Assembly (NCBI GenBank): GCA_963787195.1
Contig: CAWBCI010000060.1
Location: 36,700 to 100,699 of the forward strand
Direction of reading: 5' to 3'
DNA from: an uncultured Bacteroidales bacterium
GTDB lineage: Bacteria > Bacteroidota > Bacteroidia > Bacteroidales > JAGOPY01
Length of the DNA stretch: 64,000 nt
Part shown: one piece after another, positions 8,789-18,936 of the stretch
Layout of the letters: every line of letters begins with the position of its first letter
Position numbering within the stretch: position 1 is the stretch's first letter
Position numbers and translations under genes: made by a program
Notes under the pieces: model-generated
What the model was told of the DNA's origin: nothing
The model's database searches: none
Seen by the model: only the letters and a program-made list of their open reading frames with translations

Positions 8789-11650
8789 ATGAGACAGAGG
8801 TCACTTCCTCAGAAAATATTTCTAGTTCTATTTATTTCATTATTATCCTTTCTTTTTCAGGAAGTTAAAGCCCAATACTTTTCAATTGGCGTCAATCCGG
8901 CCTCCGTCAGGTGGGAACAAGTCAATACCCCGCACTTTCAACTCATCACTCCCAGGTCATTTGCCAAAAATGTTAATTACCTGGCCAATGCCATGGAATA
9001 TATTTATGGGCCTGGTTCAGCTTCCCTACACTCCCATCCTGTAAGAATCCCATTACTCCTGCATAATCTCAGCACAAATTCAAATGCCTTTGTACCCTAT
9101 GCTCCCAGGAGGATGGAATTTATTACCGTTCCTGAACAAAACACCTATGCACAGAATTGGATGGACCAGCTGGTATTGCATGAATTCCGTCATGTGGCAC
9201 AATATGCAGTCATAAACCAGGGATTTACACATGGGCTCACCTGGTTTTTTGGACAGCAGGCAGTTCCGGCGATGATAGCTTTATTCGTGCCTTTATGGTT
9301 TATCGAAGGGGATGCCGTAGGAACTGAAACTTCTTTAAGCATGTCGGGCCGCGGAAGGTCCCCATCCTTTTATCAACATCTTCGTGCTCAATTCCTGGAT
9401 AAAAAAATATATCATTATGACAAAGCCGTGAATGGATCTTTTCGCGACTTCATTCCTGATCGCTACGAACTGGGCTATCAATTGGTCGGGCTGACACGGG
9501 TGAAGTATGGTAAGGATGTCTGGGCCAATGTTTTGAAAAATGTTGGGCGTCGACCCTTCACATTTGTCCCTTTTTCACATTCTCTGAAAAAACAAACAGG
9601 ACTTGGAAAATATAAACTTTATGATAGCCTGACTACACAAATAAGAGGGCAATGGAGAGAAAGGGACCGGAGAACAGCATTGACTCCTTTCCGCGTCATG
9701 AGCCCGGTTGACAGTGTAAATTACACGAACTATACCTTGGCAAGCAGACTTCCGGAAGGAAATATCCTGGCTGTAAAATCCTCCATCAACGATATAACAA
9801 AGGTTGTAGAGATAAGTCCTGATAAAAAAGAAAAAACTTTGTTTCTAACAGGAGTGAGTTTTCCTGAAGAATCAATCAGCTCTGGAGGCAATCTGATTTG
9901 CTGGTCGGAACGATTGCTTGATCCCCGCTGGAGCCTGAGGGAATATTCGGTTATTTATACCTACGACCTCCTGAGCGGAAAAAAGAAACAGCTTACGCGA
10001 AAAAGCCGTTATTTTTCCCCGGCCATCTCCCCTGACGGAAGCAGGATCGCAACGGTGAAGGTGAGCCTCGATAATCAGTATTCATTATTAATCCTGGATG
10101 CTTCTAACGGTGAAATTCAACAAAGCATTAAAACCTCTGAAAATCTATATTTTATTCAACCTACCTGGACTTCCGACGGGAAAAATATTCTGAGTGTCGT
10201 GCTGGGAAATTATGGAAAAAGTATAGTGTGGGTCAACTTGCCAGATTCATCAACGCGTTTTCTGATCCCCTTTACCTCCAGCGATATCAGCAGGCCATTC
10301 GATTTCGGACATTACATTTTATATACCGGCCCCTATTCCGGGGTGGAGAATATTTTCGCACTTGACACGCTCACTAACAAAACCTACCGCGTAATCTCCT
10401 CCCGCTTCGGAGCGACTGACGGAAGTATTGCGCCCCATTCAAAAAATCTGCTGTATTCAAACTATACTGCTGATGGTTATCAAGTGGCAGAAACAGATCT
10501 GGATCCCGCGACCTGGACGGGTCCGGTACTCACCGGAAACTTCTCTACCCCACTGGCCGACAGCCTTGCAGCCATGGAAAACTTCCTTTACCGGAGCAAG
10601 GACGTACCGACTGAGATATACGATACGGTGAAATACCGGAAAGCCCTGAACCTGTTTGATTTCCATAGCTGGGCCCCGCTTTCTTTCAACCTTAATAATA
10701 TGACCATAAAACCCGGTGTGATGCTCATGTCACAAAACCTGCTGAGCAGCAGCTACACGACCCTGGGATGGGAGTACGACCTGAATGAAGAAACCGGAAA
10801 ATATTATCTGGATTACAGTTATGAAGGACTTTATCCGACTATAGGTTTGCATGCTGATTATGGGCTGCGAAGAAGTGTTTATCTGGGAAAAGACAGCTTG
10901 CTTATCCCTTATAAATGGAATGAACTTAACCTGCAACTCAACTTAGGAGTTCCTTTGAACTGGTATTCTGGCCCCTGGTACCTGGGAGTGCAGCCCACTA
11001 TTGGGTCCACATATAAATACCTGAAAATTGTAAAGGGTTCGGAACTACGCTTCAATCATGATCGTATCCAAAGCATGGATTACGATCTTTATGCCTATAC
11101 TCAATATAAGAAATCGCTTCGTGATTTATACCCAAAATGGGGGCAGCAGATCGAATTAACATACCATCATACTCCTTTTGACGGATATGACAATAATTCC
11201 ATTTTTTCGACCAACCTGGTACTCTACTTTCCAGGTATCATTCCTCACCAGGGTCTTAAATTATATGCAGGATACCAGGACAGGAAAGCAGCATATTATG
11301 ACTTCGGGAACCAGATAAACATGCCTCGGGGATATACCGGATTATTCCCTGGCCGGGCTTACAGTTTCTCGGGAACTTACGCTTTTCCGATTGCCTACCC
11401 CGATTGGCACGCGGGCAACTTCCTATACCTGAAAAGGATAAAAGGGGCTGTGTTTTATGATCACCTTATCGACACAAGCACTCCTTCTGCAATTACTTAT
11501 AATTCAATAGGTCTGGATATTTCGGTGGACTTACACATTCTAAGCTTCCTGGCGCCTTTTCAGATCGGGCTCCGGACCATATACAATATACAGGAACAAA
11601 GAATTGAAACCGCTTTACTATTCAATATCGATTATAATTCTTTATACTGA
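8789..11650 (+). CDS. Outer-membrane protein: gluzincin-like domain + TolB-like propeller + probable C-terminal beta-barrel
   Basis: Signal peptide; HEFRH plus WFIEG; SPDGSRIA and TWTSDGKNI PD40-like repeats; aromatic amphipathic C-terminal strands. Confidence 0.65.
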   Translation: MRQRSLPQKIFLVLFISLLSFLFQEVKAQYFSIGVNPASVRWEQVNTPHFQLITPRSFAKNVNYLANAMEYIYGPGSASLHSHPVRIPLLLHNLSTNSNAFVPYAPRRMEFITVPEQNTYAQNWMDQLVLHEFRHVAQYAVINQGFTHGLTWFFGQQAVPAMIALFVPLWFIEGDAVGTETSLSMSGRGRSPSFYQHLRAQFLDKKIYHYDKAVNGSFRDFIPDRYELGYQLVGLTRVKYGKDVWANVLKNVGRRPFTFVPFSHSLKKQTGLGKYKLYDSLTTQIRGQWRERDRRTALTPFRVMSPVDSVNYTNYTLASRLPEGNILAVKSSINDITKVVEISPDKKEKTLFLTGVSFPEESISSGGNLICWSERLLDPRWSLREYSVIYTYDLLSGKKKQLTRKSRYFSPAISPDGSRIATVKVSLDNQYSLLILDASNGEIQQSIKTSENLYFIQPTWTSDGKNILSVVLGNYGKSIVWVNLPDSSTRFLIPFTSSDISRPFDFGHYILYTGPYSGVENIFALDTLTNKTYRVISSRFGATDGSIAPHSKNLLYSNYTADGYQVAETDLDPATWTGPVLTGNFSTPLADSLAAMENFLYRSKDVPTEIYDTVKYRKALNLFDFHSWAPLSFNLNNMTIKPGVMLMSQNLLSSSYTTLGWEYDLNEETGKYYLDYSYEGLYPTIGLHADYGLRRSVYLGKDSLLIPYKWNELNLQLNLGVPLNWYSGPWYLGVQPTIGSTYKYLKIVKGSELRFNHDRIQSMDYDLYAYTQYKKSLRDLYPKWGQQIELTYHHTPFDGYDNNSIFSTNLVLYFPGIIPHQGLKLYAGYQDRKAAYYDFGNQINMPRGYTGLFPGRAYSFSGTYAFPIAYPDWHAGNFLYLKRIKGAVFYDHLIDTSTPSAITYNSIGLDISVDLHILSFLAPFQIGLRTIYNIQEQRIETALLFNIDYNSLY

Positions 11651-11731
11651 TAAGATATAGCAAATGCGCCTGTTCTCAGAATTTTTAATTCAGTGGGAAC
11701 AATTTTTGTATTTTCGTGACAAATTAATTCT

Positions 11732-12076
11732 ATGGATCTTCTGATAAAGTTACTTCTGCAAGCTATCGCGGTAATGGCCACTGCCTGGATACTTCCGGGA
11801 GTTCATATTAGGGACTTTTTGACAGCAATTATCGTGGCTGTAATACTTTCGCTGCTTAACATATTCCTGAAACCCTTGCTGATATTGCTCACGATTCCAA
11901 TTTCAATTTTCACTTTCGGCATCTTTTTATTGGTCATCAATGCGCTGATCATCCTGCTGGCAGGGAAGATAGTGCCGGGCTTTATCCTGGATGGATTCTG
12001 GTGGGCACTTCTATTCAGCATAATCCTCAGCCTGATTTCATATATCCTGGGAGTTAATAATTTCAGCAGATATTAA
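11732..12076 (+). CDS. 4-TM membrane protein, YvlD / phage holin 4_2 family
   Basis: LNIFLKPLL..LTIP...TFG.F.LVINA, GFWWALLFS. Confidence 0.85.
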   Translation: MDLLIKLLLQAIAVMATAWILPGVHIRDFLTAIIVAVILSLLNIFLKPLLILLTIPISIFTFGIFLLVINALIILLAGKIVPGFILDGFWWALLFSIILSLISYILGVNNFSRY

Positions 12077-12085
12077 ACTCATACT

Positions 12086-12547
12086 ATGAAAAATCGTCCC
12101 CTGACACATAAGGCAGAACTGGATGAGATCATCCTGAAATGCCAGTTTTGCAATGCCGGTATGGTTGATGAAGATAATCTGCCCTACGTCATTCCCATGA
12201 ATTTCGGTTATGACGGGGAAAACGTTTACCTGCATGGTTCGGCAACAGGCAAAAAGATTAATACACTTACAGCAAAGCCGGATATATGCCTGACCTTCAG
12301 CACTGATCATGAATTGCGTTATGTGAATGAAGATGTAGCATGCAGCTGGAGCATGCGCTACCGCAGTGTACTGGTGCATGGAAAGGTTGAATTTGTGGAT
12401 GATCTGAATGAAAAGGTGCGGATCCTGAATATCATCATGAAGCATTATTCCGGAAAAGAGTTTAAGTTTAATGATCCTGCAGTGAAGGAGGTTAAAGTAA
12501 TGAAGGTCAATATTAATAAGATGGAAGGCAGGGCCTACGGATATTAA
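12086..12547 (+). CDS. Pyridoxamine 5'-phosphate oxidase-like flavin-binding protein
   Basis: PYVIPMNFGY, YLHG..GKK, YRSV..HGK. Confidence 0.85.
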   Translation: MKNRPLTHKAELDEIILKCQFCNAGMVDEDNLPYVIPMNFGYDGENVYLHGSATGKKINTLTAKPDICLTFSTDHELRYVNEDVACSWSMRYRSVLVHGKVEFVDDLNEKVRILNIIMKHYSGKEFKFNDPAVKEVKVMKVNINKMEGRAYGY

Positions 12548-12593
12548 TTCAGGATAATTATAGACTGAAGGATTATTGCACAAAAATTAAGAG

Positions 12594-13180
12594 ATGCTCG
12601 AAATATTAAATAAATGGGATACATCGGTCTTCCTGGCTATCAACGGATGGCATAATTCCTTCTTCGACCTGGTGATGTACAGGGTCAGTAATCCATTCGT
12701 CTGGATTCCCCTGTATATAATATTTCTCTATTACCTGGTAAGACATTATGACAAAAGGGCCTGGATGATCCTTTTTTTCAGCGCCCTCATGATAGCGATC
12801 AGTGACCAGACCTCTGTCCACTTGTTCAAAGATGTTTTTCAACGACTCGACCATGCCATAATCCGGCCCTTGAAAACATAGTCCACCTTGTAAATGGTCA
12901 TTGCGGCGGGCAATACGGATTTGTATCATCCCATGCTTTTAACTTTTTTTCGCTGGTAGTATACCTTTCAATGATGTTAGGAAAAAAGCTGAAGTATTTT
13001 ACAATTTTGGTGATACTTTGGGCTGTACTAATAGCATACAGCAGAGTGTACCTTGGGGTGCATTATCCGGGAGATGTGCTGGTCGGGGCAATCTGCGGGA
13101 GTATTCTGGGTTGGTTGATGGGAAAATTTGTTTTATATCTTTTGATGAAATTTCCTTTAAATGCCAATAGGGGATTTTAA
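12594..13180 (+). pseudogene. PAP2 phosphatase, frameshifted near 12848 (pseudogene or sequencing error)
   Basis: Restoring one base gives KDVFQRLRPC..GFVSSHA..SRVYLGVHYPGD, all three PAP2 motifs; split across two ORFs in the track. Confidence 0.85.
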
Positions 13181-13274
13181 TCCTGAAGATCCCGAACAAG
13201 ACTTTGTCTTTTCAGGATCAATTCGACTCACAACTTTTTCTTCACTTCGTTTGAATATTTGAGTGTCATTGATT
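13170..13274. repeat. Truncated, diverged copy of the ~170-nt structured repeat
   Basis: agatcccgaacaagactttgtcttttcaggatcaattcgact..gagtgtcattgatt aligns with the copies at 35484 and 61171. Confidence 0.85.
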
Positions 13275-14255
13275 CAATTCCTTCCAGATCAGGTCTTTCA
13301 ATTTCATAATACCTTCTCCTGTTATAGAAGAAATAAATATAAAGGGCAATTTAGGAAGTGTCTTACGGATAGCAGTCTTTAATTCATCATCCAGCAGATC
13401 ACATTTGGAAACCGCCAACAGACGGGGTTTATCCAATAATTCAGGATTAAATTCCTTCAATTCATTTACAAGTATCTTGTATTCTTTTTTAATATCATCA
13501 GTATCTGCCGGGACTAAAAATAGCAAGAGGCTGTTCCTTTCGATATGTCTTAAAAATCTCAGGCCAAGTCCCCGGCCTTCATGCGCACCTTCGATGATGC
13601 CCGGGATATCAGCCATCACAAAGGAAGTTTTGTCACGATAGGATACTATACCCAAATTAGGAGTCAGGGTAGTGAAAGGATAATCGGCTATTTCAGGCCT
13701 GGCGGCGGATACGACTGAAAGAAGGGTGGATTTTCCTGCATTCGGAAATCCAACCAGGCCCACGTCGGCCAATAATTTCAGTTCCAGTATGACATCAGCT
13801 TCCAGTGCCGGTTCACCGGGCTGTGCAAATCGGGGAGTTTGATGTGTCGGGCTCTTGAAATGATCGTTCCCCTGACCACCCCTTCCACCTTCCAGGAGGA
13901 CACGGGTTTCTCCGTCTTCGGTGATCTCAAAAAGAACTTCTTCGGAATCAGCCATTTTCACAACTGTTCCAAGAGGCACCTCTATGGTTTTATCTTCACC
14001 CCCTGCACCACTCATGAGGTTTTTTCCGCCATGCTCCCCATGTCCGGCAATTATATGCTTGGTATAACGCAGATGCAGGAGCGTCCAGAGTTGCTTGTTC
14101 CCTTTCACATATACATGTCCTCCCCTGCCACCATCCCCGCCATCGGGACCGCCTTTAGGGATAAATTTGGCCCGGTGCAGGTGTGCCGATCCCGCACCGC
14201 CCTTTCCGGAACGGCAGTATATCTTTACGTAATCGACAAAATTTGGATTGGACAT
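13266..14255 (-). CDS. obgE: GTPase ObgE
   Basis: [30 protein letters not shown]. Confidence 0.98.
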   Translation of the reverse strand: MSNPNFVDYVKIYCRSGKGGAGSAHLHRAKFIPKGGPDGGDGGRGGHVYVKGNKQLWTLLHLRYTKHIIAGHGEHGGKNLMSGAGGEDKTIEVPLGTVVKMADSEEVLFEITEDGETRVLLEGGRGGQGNDHFKSPTHQTPRFAQPGEPALEADVILELKLLADVGLVGFPNAGKSTLLSVVSAARPEIADYPFTTLTPNLGIVSYRDKTSFVMADIPGIIEGAHEGRGLGLRFLRHIERNSLLLFLVPADTDDIKKEYKILVNELKEFNPELLDKPRLLAVSKCDLLDDELKTAIRKTLPKLPFIFISSITGEGIMKLKDLIWKELNQ

Positions 14256-14271
14256 GGGCTATTTTAATTTT

Positions 14272-14823
14272 TCAGACAACTTTATAAATATCAGGCAGGT
14301 TGCGGCCATGACCATCATAATCCAGGCCATAACCTACAATAAATTCGTTAGGGATCTCCATTCCGATATAATCGATGTGAAAATCTTTTTGAAAAGCTTC
14401 CGGTTTAAATAACATGGTAGCAATGCGGACTTCTTTGGCACCAAGTCCCATAATCCTGGTAATGAGATGATCCATGGTTATGCCGGTATCGATAATATCT
14501 TCCACAACCACTACGGTCCGTTCATTCAGGTCTTCGGTAAGTCCAACCAGTTCCCTGACAATCCCGGAAGATTTAGTACCGGCATAGGAAGTCAGTTTCA
14601 CAAAACTGATCTCACATTCCATTTCCAGCTTCTTGAACAGATCGGCTGCAAACATAAAAGCTCCGTTAAGGATTACCAGGAAAATCGGGTTAGTGCCCTG
14701 AAGATCATGATTTATTCTTGTGGCCACTGTGGTGATAGCCGCTTCCAGTTCATCCCTGGGGATGGAGAGGGAAAAGGCCCTGTCGTGTACCCTGATGGTA
14801 TTCAATGTGCTGGGATCTTGCAT
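14272..14823 (-). CDS. hpt: Hypoxanthine phosphoribosyltransferase
   Basis: VVEDIIDTGIT PRPP motif, FIVGYGLDY, RNLP. Confidence 0.95.
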   Translation of the reverse strand: MQDPSTLNTIRVHDRAFSLSIPRDELEAAITTVATRINHDLQGTNPIFLVILNGAFMFAADLFKKLEMECEISFVKLTSYAGTKSSGIVRELVGLTEDLNERTVVVVEDIIDTGITMDHLITRIMGLGAKEVRIATMLFKPEAFQKDFHIDYIGMEIPNEFIVGYGLDYDGHGRNLPDIYKVV

Positions 14824-14876
14824 CTTTTTCTTAAAAATATTTGCAAAGATAAGGGAATTTGGGAAGAGAGCCCGAA

Positions 14877-15183
14877 AGTCTTTAGTCTTTAGTCTTTAGT
14901 CTTTAGTCAATTTAAAAAAGAAACATATACAATTTTCAATTTACAATATAATATTTAATATTTCCATTCTGTGGATCTCCGTGAAAATCTCTGTGAACCT
15001 CTGTGAAACAAATAAAAAGGCTGCGGGTGTGATACATTTTATTATTACACGGAAATCCACTGAGGTAACGGAGTTACACAGAGAAAAGCTAAACACATTA
15101 ATAATTAAACAACACAAAGCATTGTATAATTAACATTTTCACTAAATCTGGCTGAAGACTTTAGACTAAAGACTAAAGACTTT
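14877..15183. repeat. Inverted heptamer arrays (AGTCTTT)4 / (GACTAAA)n enclosing a CTCYGTG..CACRGAG palindromic element
   Basis: Direct reading: arrays at 14877-14908 and ~15157-15183; inner element 14968-15084. Confidence 0.8.
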
Positions 15184-15227
15184 TTCCTACTTTTGTCCTG
15201 CCATTGTTAAACATCAAATCCTGAATA

Positions 15228-15731
15228 ATGAAAGCACTCGTAAGCATAATCATGGGCAGTACTTCCGACCTTCCGGTGATGGAAGATGCAGCTAAAGTCC
15301 TGAATGAGTTAGAAGTTCCTTTTGAAATAAATGCTCTCTCGGCCCACCGGACCCCAGAAAAAGTTGAAGAATTTGCTACTTCGGCAGTGGGTAGGGGAAT
15401 AAAGGTCATCATCGCCGGGGCAGGTATGGCAGCTCATTTGCCGGGCGTCATCGCCGCCATGACTCCCATTCCTGTGATAGGTGTGCCTATAAAATCTACG
15501 CTGGATGGATTGGATTCCCTCCTGGCCATCGTGCAAATGCCCCCGGGTATCCCGGTTGCAACTGTAGCTATAAACGGCGCTCGCAATGCTGCTATTTTAG
15601 CGGCACAAATCATTGCCACCGGTGATCCGGCCCTTTTTGAACGTACCATAAAATTCAAGGAGGATTTGAAAGGAAAGATAGTGAAAGCCAATGAAGAGCT
15701 TGCGAAGATTAAGTATGATTTTAAAGTTTGA
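15228..15731 (+). CDS. purE: N5-CAIR mutase
   Basis: IIMGSTSD, SAHRTP, AGMAAHLPG, QMPPGIPVATV. Confidence 0.98.
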   Translation: MKALVSIIMGSTSDLPVMEDAAKVLNELEVPFEINALSAHRTPEKVEEFATSAVGRGIKVIIAGAGMAAHLPGVIAAMTPIPVIGVPIKSTLDGLDSLLAIVQMPPGIPVATVAINGARNAAILAAQIIATGDPALFERTIKFKEDLKGKIVKANEELAKIKYDFKV

Positions 15732-15755
15732 AGAAGAAGATAAACAGGAAGAGCC

Positions 15756-16394
15756 TCACTTTTTCTGCATCATCATTACTCCGTCACGGATTGAGAGAAG
15801 GACATTTTCCACTCTTTCATCATTCTGAATATACTTATTGAAATCAATGATACCGCGGGTTTCTTTATCTGCTTTCTTATAATCCTCCAGCACCCTTCCA
15901 TACCATAAAGCATTATCGGCCAGGATCAATCCGCCCGGCCTGACTTTATCAAATAATTTCTGATAATAATCAATATAATGTTCTTTATCGGCATCGATGA
16001 AGACCATATCAAAGACTTCGTCCAGTTTAGGGATGATCTCCAGGGCATCTCCGAGATGCTGCTTAATCTTCTCATCCATTCCTGCTTCGCTTATGAATTT
16101 AGCTGCAAGCTGACGGGTTTCGGGATCTATGTCGATGGTGTGCAGGAGACCTCCTTCAGCCAGTCCCTGTGCCATGCAAATGGCAGAATAGCCCGTAAAC
16201 GTGCCCACCTCAAGTATTCTCCGGGGCCGGACCAGGCGGCTGATCATCATCAGGAACCTGCCCATCACCGGGCCGGAGAGCATACTGGGAAAGGCGCTGC
16301 TGAGATGCGTGGCACGATGGAGCCGGTGCAGGAGCTCCGGCTCGGGTGTGCTGTGAAGTTCGGTGTATTCTTCAAGAGCTTTTGAAAGGATCAT
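15756..16394 (-). CDS. O-methyltransferase (caffeoyl-CoA OMT / Methyltransf_3-like)
   Basis: LEVGTFTGYS, FIDADK, ADNALW.G. Confidence 0.92.
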   Translation of the reverse strand: MILSKALEEYTELHSTPEPELLHRLHRATHLSSAFPSMLSGPVMGRFLMMISRLVRPRRILEVGTFTGYSAICMAQGLAEGGLLHTIDIDPETRQLAAKFISEAGMDEKIKQHLGDALEIIPKLDEVFDMVFIDADKEHYIDYYQKLFDKVRPGGLILADNALWYGRVLEDYKKADKETRGIIDFNKYIQNDERVENVLLSIRDGVMMMQKK

Positions 16395-17623
16395 TTTTCA
16401 TTATTTTTAAAGACGAGGCTACTCAGGCCGGCAGGATCAAAGATTTCCCCGGCCACTTCCAGAATCTGTCCGGCAGTTACTGCCTCTATATTTTTAACAA
16501 GTTCCTCTATGGTTTTCACCTGATTATCGTGCAAATATGCTTTTCCCGCTGAAAGCATACGGTTCAGGTTCGACTCATTGGAAATGGCCACCTGCCCTAT
16601 CAGTTGCTTCCGGGCAAGCTGAAGCTGCATAGTACCGAGCTTTTCCCGTCTTAGCTTTTCCAGTTCTTTGAGTATAAGCGCTTCCGCCTTTTGCAAATAG
16701 CCATTGTCCATGCCGAGATAAATGCTGAAAACGCCGCTGTCGGTGTATGAAACATAAGCCGATTCGATGCTGTAGGTATAGCCATGCTTTTCCCTGACCG
16801 AAAGGTTCAACCTCGAATTTAAGGCCGGTCCTCCCAGGAGGTTGTTCAGCAATATCATAGTGAATTTATTCGGATGATTTCGGTCATAAGCGCTGGCCCC
16901 GATGATGCAATGAGTTTGGAAAGTCGAGCGCTCCATTTCTTTACGGAAAGGCTGATAGGATGAAAAGGCTTCGCGTTTCCGGCTCAAAGTCCCGGAAGGT
17001 ATCTGCTCAAAATACTTTGTTGCCAGCTTCTTCAGTTTATCAATTCCCATATTACCCACCGAACAAAGGACCATATTTTCGGCCAGATAATATTCCTTCA
17101 GGAAATGAAAGATCTGATCCCGGTTAAATGATTGCAAATGTTCAGGTGTGCCCAGGATATTCATTCCAAGAGGATGTCCCTTGAAAAGATTTTCCTCAAA
17201 AATATCATAGATCTCTTCAGCAGGGGCATCTTTATAGGAGTTGATCTCATCCTGTATGACCTCTTTCTCCTTTTTCAATTCCTTTTCAGGAAAGGTGCTG
17301 TTGTTAACTATGTCGGAGATCAATTCCATGGCTCTTTCAAAATGCTCATTCAAAAAAGAAGCATAGACACAGGTTTCTTCCTTGGTCGTGTAGGCATTCA
17401 GGTCTCCCCCGACACTTTCGAGCCGGGTCAGGATATGGTAGGCGCGGCGTTTAGCGGTGCCTTTGAAAATGGTATGTTCGATAAAATGGGCCAGTCCGTT
17501 CTCCATACTATCCTCATCCCGGGAACCGGCATTGATAAAAAGTCCGATATGGGCAACCGGTCCGGCTGCCGGCAAATGCAAGAGGCGCAATCCGTTTTTC
17601 AGGATTCCGAATTCAAATTCCAT
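16391..17623 (-). CDS. M16 family metallopeptidase
   Basis: HFIEH inverted zincin motif, NAYT, SRL...VREK.G..Y. Confidence 0.93.
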   Translation of the reverse strand: MEFEFGILKNGLRLLHLPAAGPVAHIGLFINAGSRDEDSMENGLAHFIEHTIFKGTAKRRAYHILTRLESVGGDLNAYTTKEETCVYASFLNEHFERAMELISDIVNNSTFPEKELKKEKEVIQDEINSYKDAPAEEIYDIFEENLFKGHPLGMNILGTPEHLQSFNRDQIFHFLKEYYLAENMVLCSVGNMGIDKLKKLATKYFEQIPSGTLSRKREAFSSYQPFRKEMERSTFQTHCIIGASAYDRNHPNKFTMILLNNLLGGPALNSRLNLSVREKHGYTYSIESAYVSYTDSGVFSIYLGMDNGYLQKAEALILKELEKLRREKLGTMQLQLARKQLIGQVAISNESNLNRMLSAGKAYLHDNQVKTIEELVKNIEAVTAGQILEVAGEIFDPAGLSSLVFKNNEK

Positions 17624-17668
17624 AAATAAAATTTAAGCCTGCAAAGATAGAAATAAAGCGCAGGCTAT

Positions 17669-18208
17669 CTAAAGTTTGGCGGGATAAGCTTTATCGAGAT
17701 AAATCCAGAACAGGAGTTGGTTATAGGTCTGGTTCCCCTCCTGATGTATGATCAGGGGAGCTATGCCGATAACTTTTTTATCAATCTGCAAGGATTTGGG
17801 ATCCCAGTTCCATTCTTCCATAAAACGGATCTTTTTAACATCCCGGTAGTCTGTTTTCCTTATCACAATCGTATCATATTCTGCGTAGGGCGGATATTCC
17901 CTTCTAAGAGTCTGGTATATAGTATCGATACCGGTAGCCCTGACCTCTTCAGGCGTCAGTTCCGTATTGAAATAATCATAGGCTTTCACTTCCCCGCTCA
18001 TGGCAGCTTCCATAATCCTTTTCACAAAAGGGTCACGCTTAGAGCCTTCAATATTATTCACCCACCAGTCCAGGTCGGGATTATCATTGCTGATCGGCAC
18101 ATCATACTGTATCCGTTTGGTAAGTTGTTCCATTTTGCTGTTGCTGCAGGAAGCGAGACTGATCATAAGGATAAAAGCCAGGCCGACAGAACTGAGTAGG
18201 GTCTTCAT
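17669..18208 (-). CDS. Lipoprotein with GldN/PorN-like domain
   Basis: Lipobox LASC; SGEVKAYD, IRFMEEWNWD..IGIAP, LLFWIY resemble GldN motifs. Confidence 0.55.
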   Translation of the reverse strand: MKTLLSSVGLAFILMISLASCSNSKMEQLTKRIQYDVPISNDNPDLDWWVNNIEGSKRDPFVKRIMEAAMSGEVKAYDYFNTELTPEEVRATGIDTIYQTLRREYPPYAEYDTIVIRKTDYRDVKKIRFMEEWNWDPKSLQIDKKVIGIAPLIIHQEGNQTYNQLLFWIYLDKAYPAKL

Positions 18209-18312
18209 AATATTTATTTTATGTTTTTAAGGAAAATTCAGTTCAAATTTAAGGAATTTGATGAAATGAAGAAACTGTATGATGTCTGCGAAATAGGGAT
18301 GGCCTGCGAAAT

Positions 18313-18413
18313 TCTCCGTGTAATCTCACTCCGTGAAACAAAAAAATGGCTGCCAGTGTGATACTTTTTTTTAATTACACGGAGTTCCGTGGAGGTAACG
18401 GAGATCCACGGAG
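18313..18413. repeat. Second copy of the CTCYGTG..CACRGAG palindromic element
   Basis: Shares gtgaaaca..ggctgc..gtgtgatac..attacacgga..gaggtaacggag with 14968-15084. Confidence 0.8.
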
Positions 18414-18440
18414 GAAAAAGTTAAGCACTTGGCTTTATCT

Positions 18441-18482
18441 CACCTTATCACCATATCACCTTATCACCCTATCACCTTATCA
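18441..18482. repeat. Octamer tandem repeat (CACCTTAT)x5, imperfect
   Basis: Direct reading. Confidence 0.9.
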
Positions 18483-18628
18483 TCCAATACCAAAAAAATA
18501 CATCTAATTTTAACAATTCGTTAACTTCTTTGTTAGTTAATTAAAACTAACTTGATCGAGCCAAAATTTTCCATCTGAAAATAAAATACATTATTCATTA
18601 ATCATCAAAATCCAACAAACACACTGCT

Positions 18629-18844
18629 ATGAAAAAAAACATGGGTTCTACTGACAAAGTTATCAGGCTGGTATTAGCAGCTTTATTTATCGTCCTTTAC
18701 GTAACCGGATATGTCACGGGCACCTGGGGTATCGTATTATTAGTCCTGGCGGGAATTTTTATTCTTACCAGCCTGATCACATTTTGCCCTTTATACTGGC
18801 CTTTCGGAATCAGTACCCGGAGTAAAAAAGAAAGCAAACAATAA
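18629..18844 (+). CDS. DUF2892 (YgaP-like) small membrane protein
   Basis: MKKNMG..D..IRL, FCPLY.PFGIST. Confidence 0.9.
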   Translation: MKKNMGSTDKVIRLVLAALFIVLYVTGYVTGTWGIVLLVLAGIFILTSLITFCPLYWPFGISTRSKKESKQ

Positions 18845-18880
18845 TCGAAGAAGAAACGGTTTTTAAATTTAATGTTGACT

Positions 18881-18923
18881 AAAATCCGTCGTATTGGAAA
18901 TATCCGGTACACGGATTTTTTTT
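18881..18923. terminator. Probable bidirectional terminator between convergent genes
   Basis: aaaatccgt..acggatttt stem with A and T tails. Confidence 0.6.
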
Positions 18924-18936
18924 GCTTTCTTCTATC

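Noticed and set aside
11732-12076. Prophage (holin)
   Set aside because: YvlD-type membrane proteins are common chromosomal genes and there are no phage genes nearby
12086-12547. Nitroimidazole resistance gene nim
   Set aside because: Only family-level similarity and no mobile context
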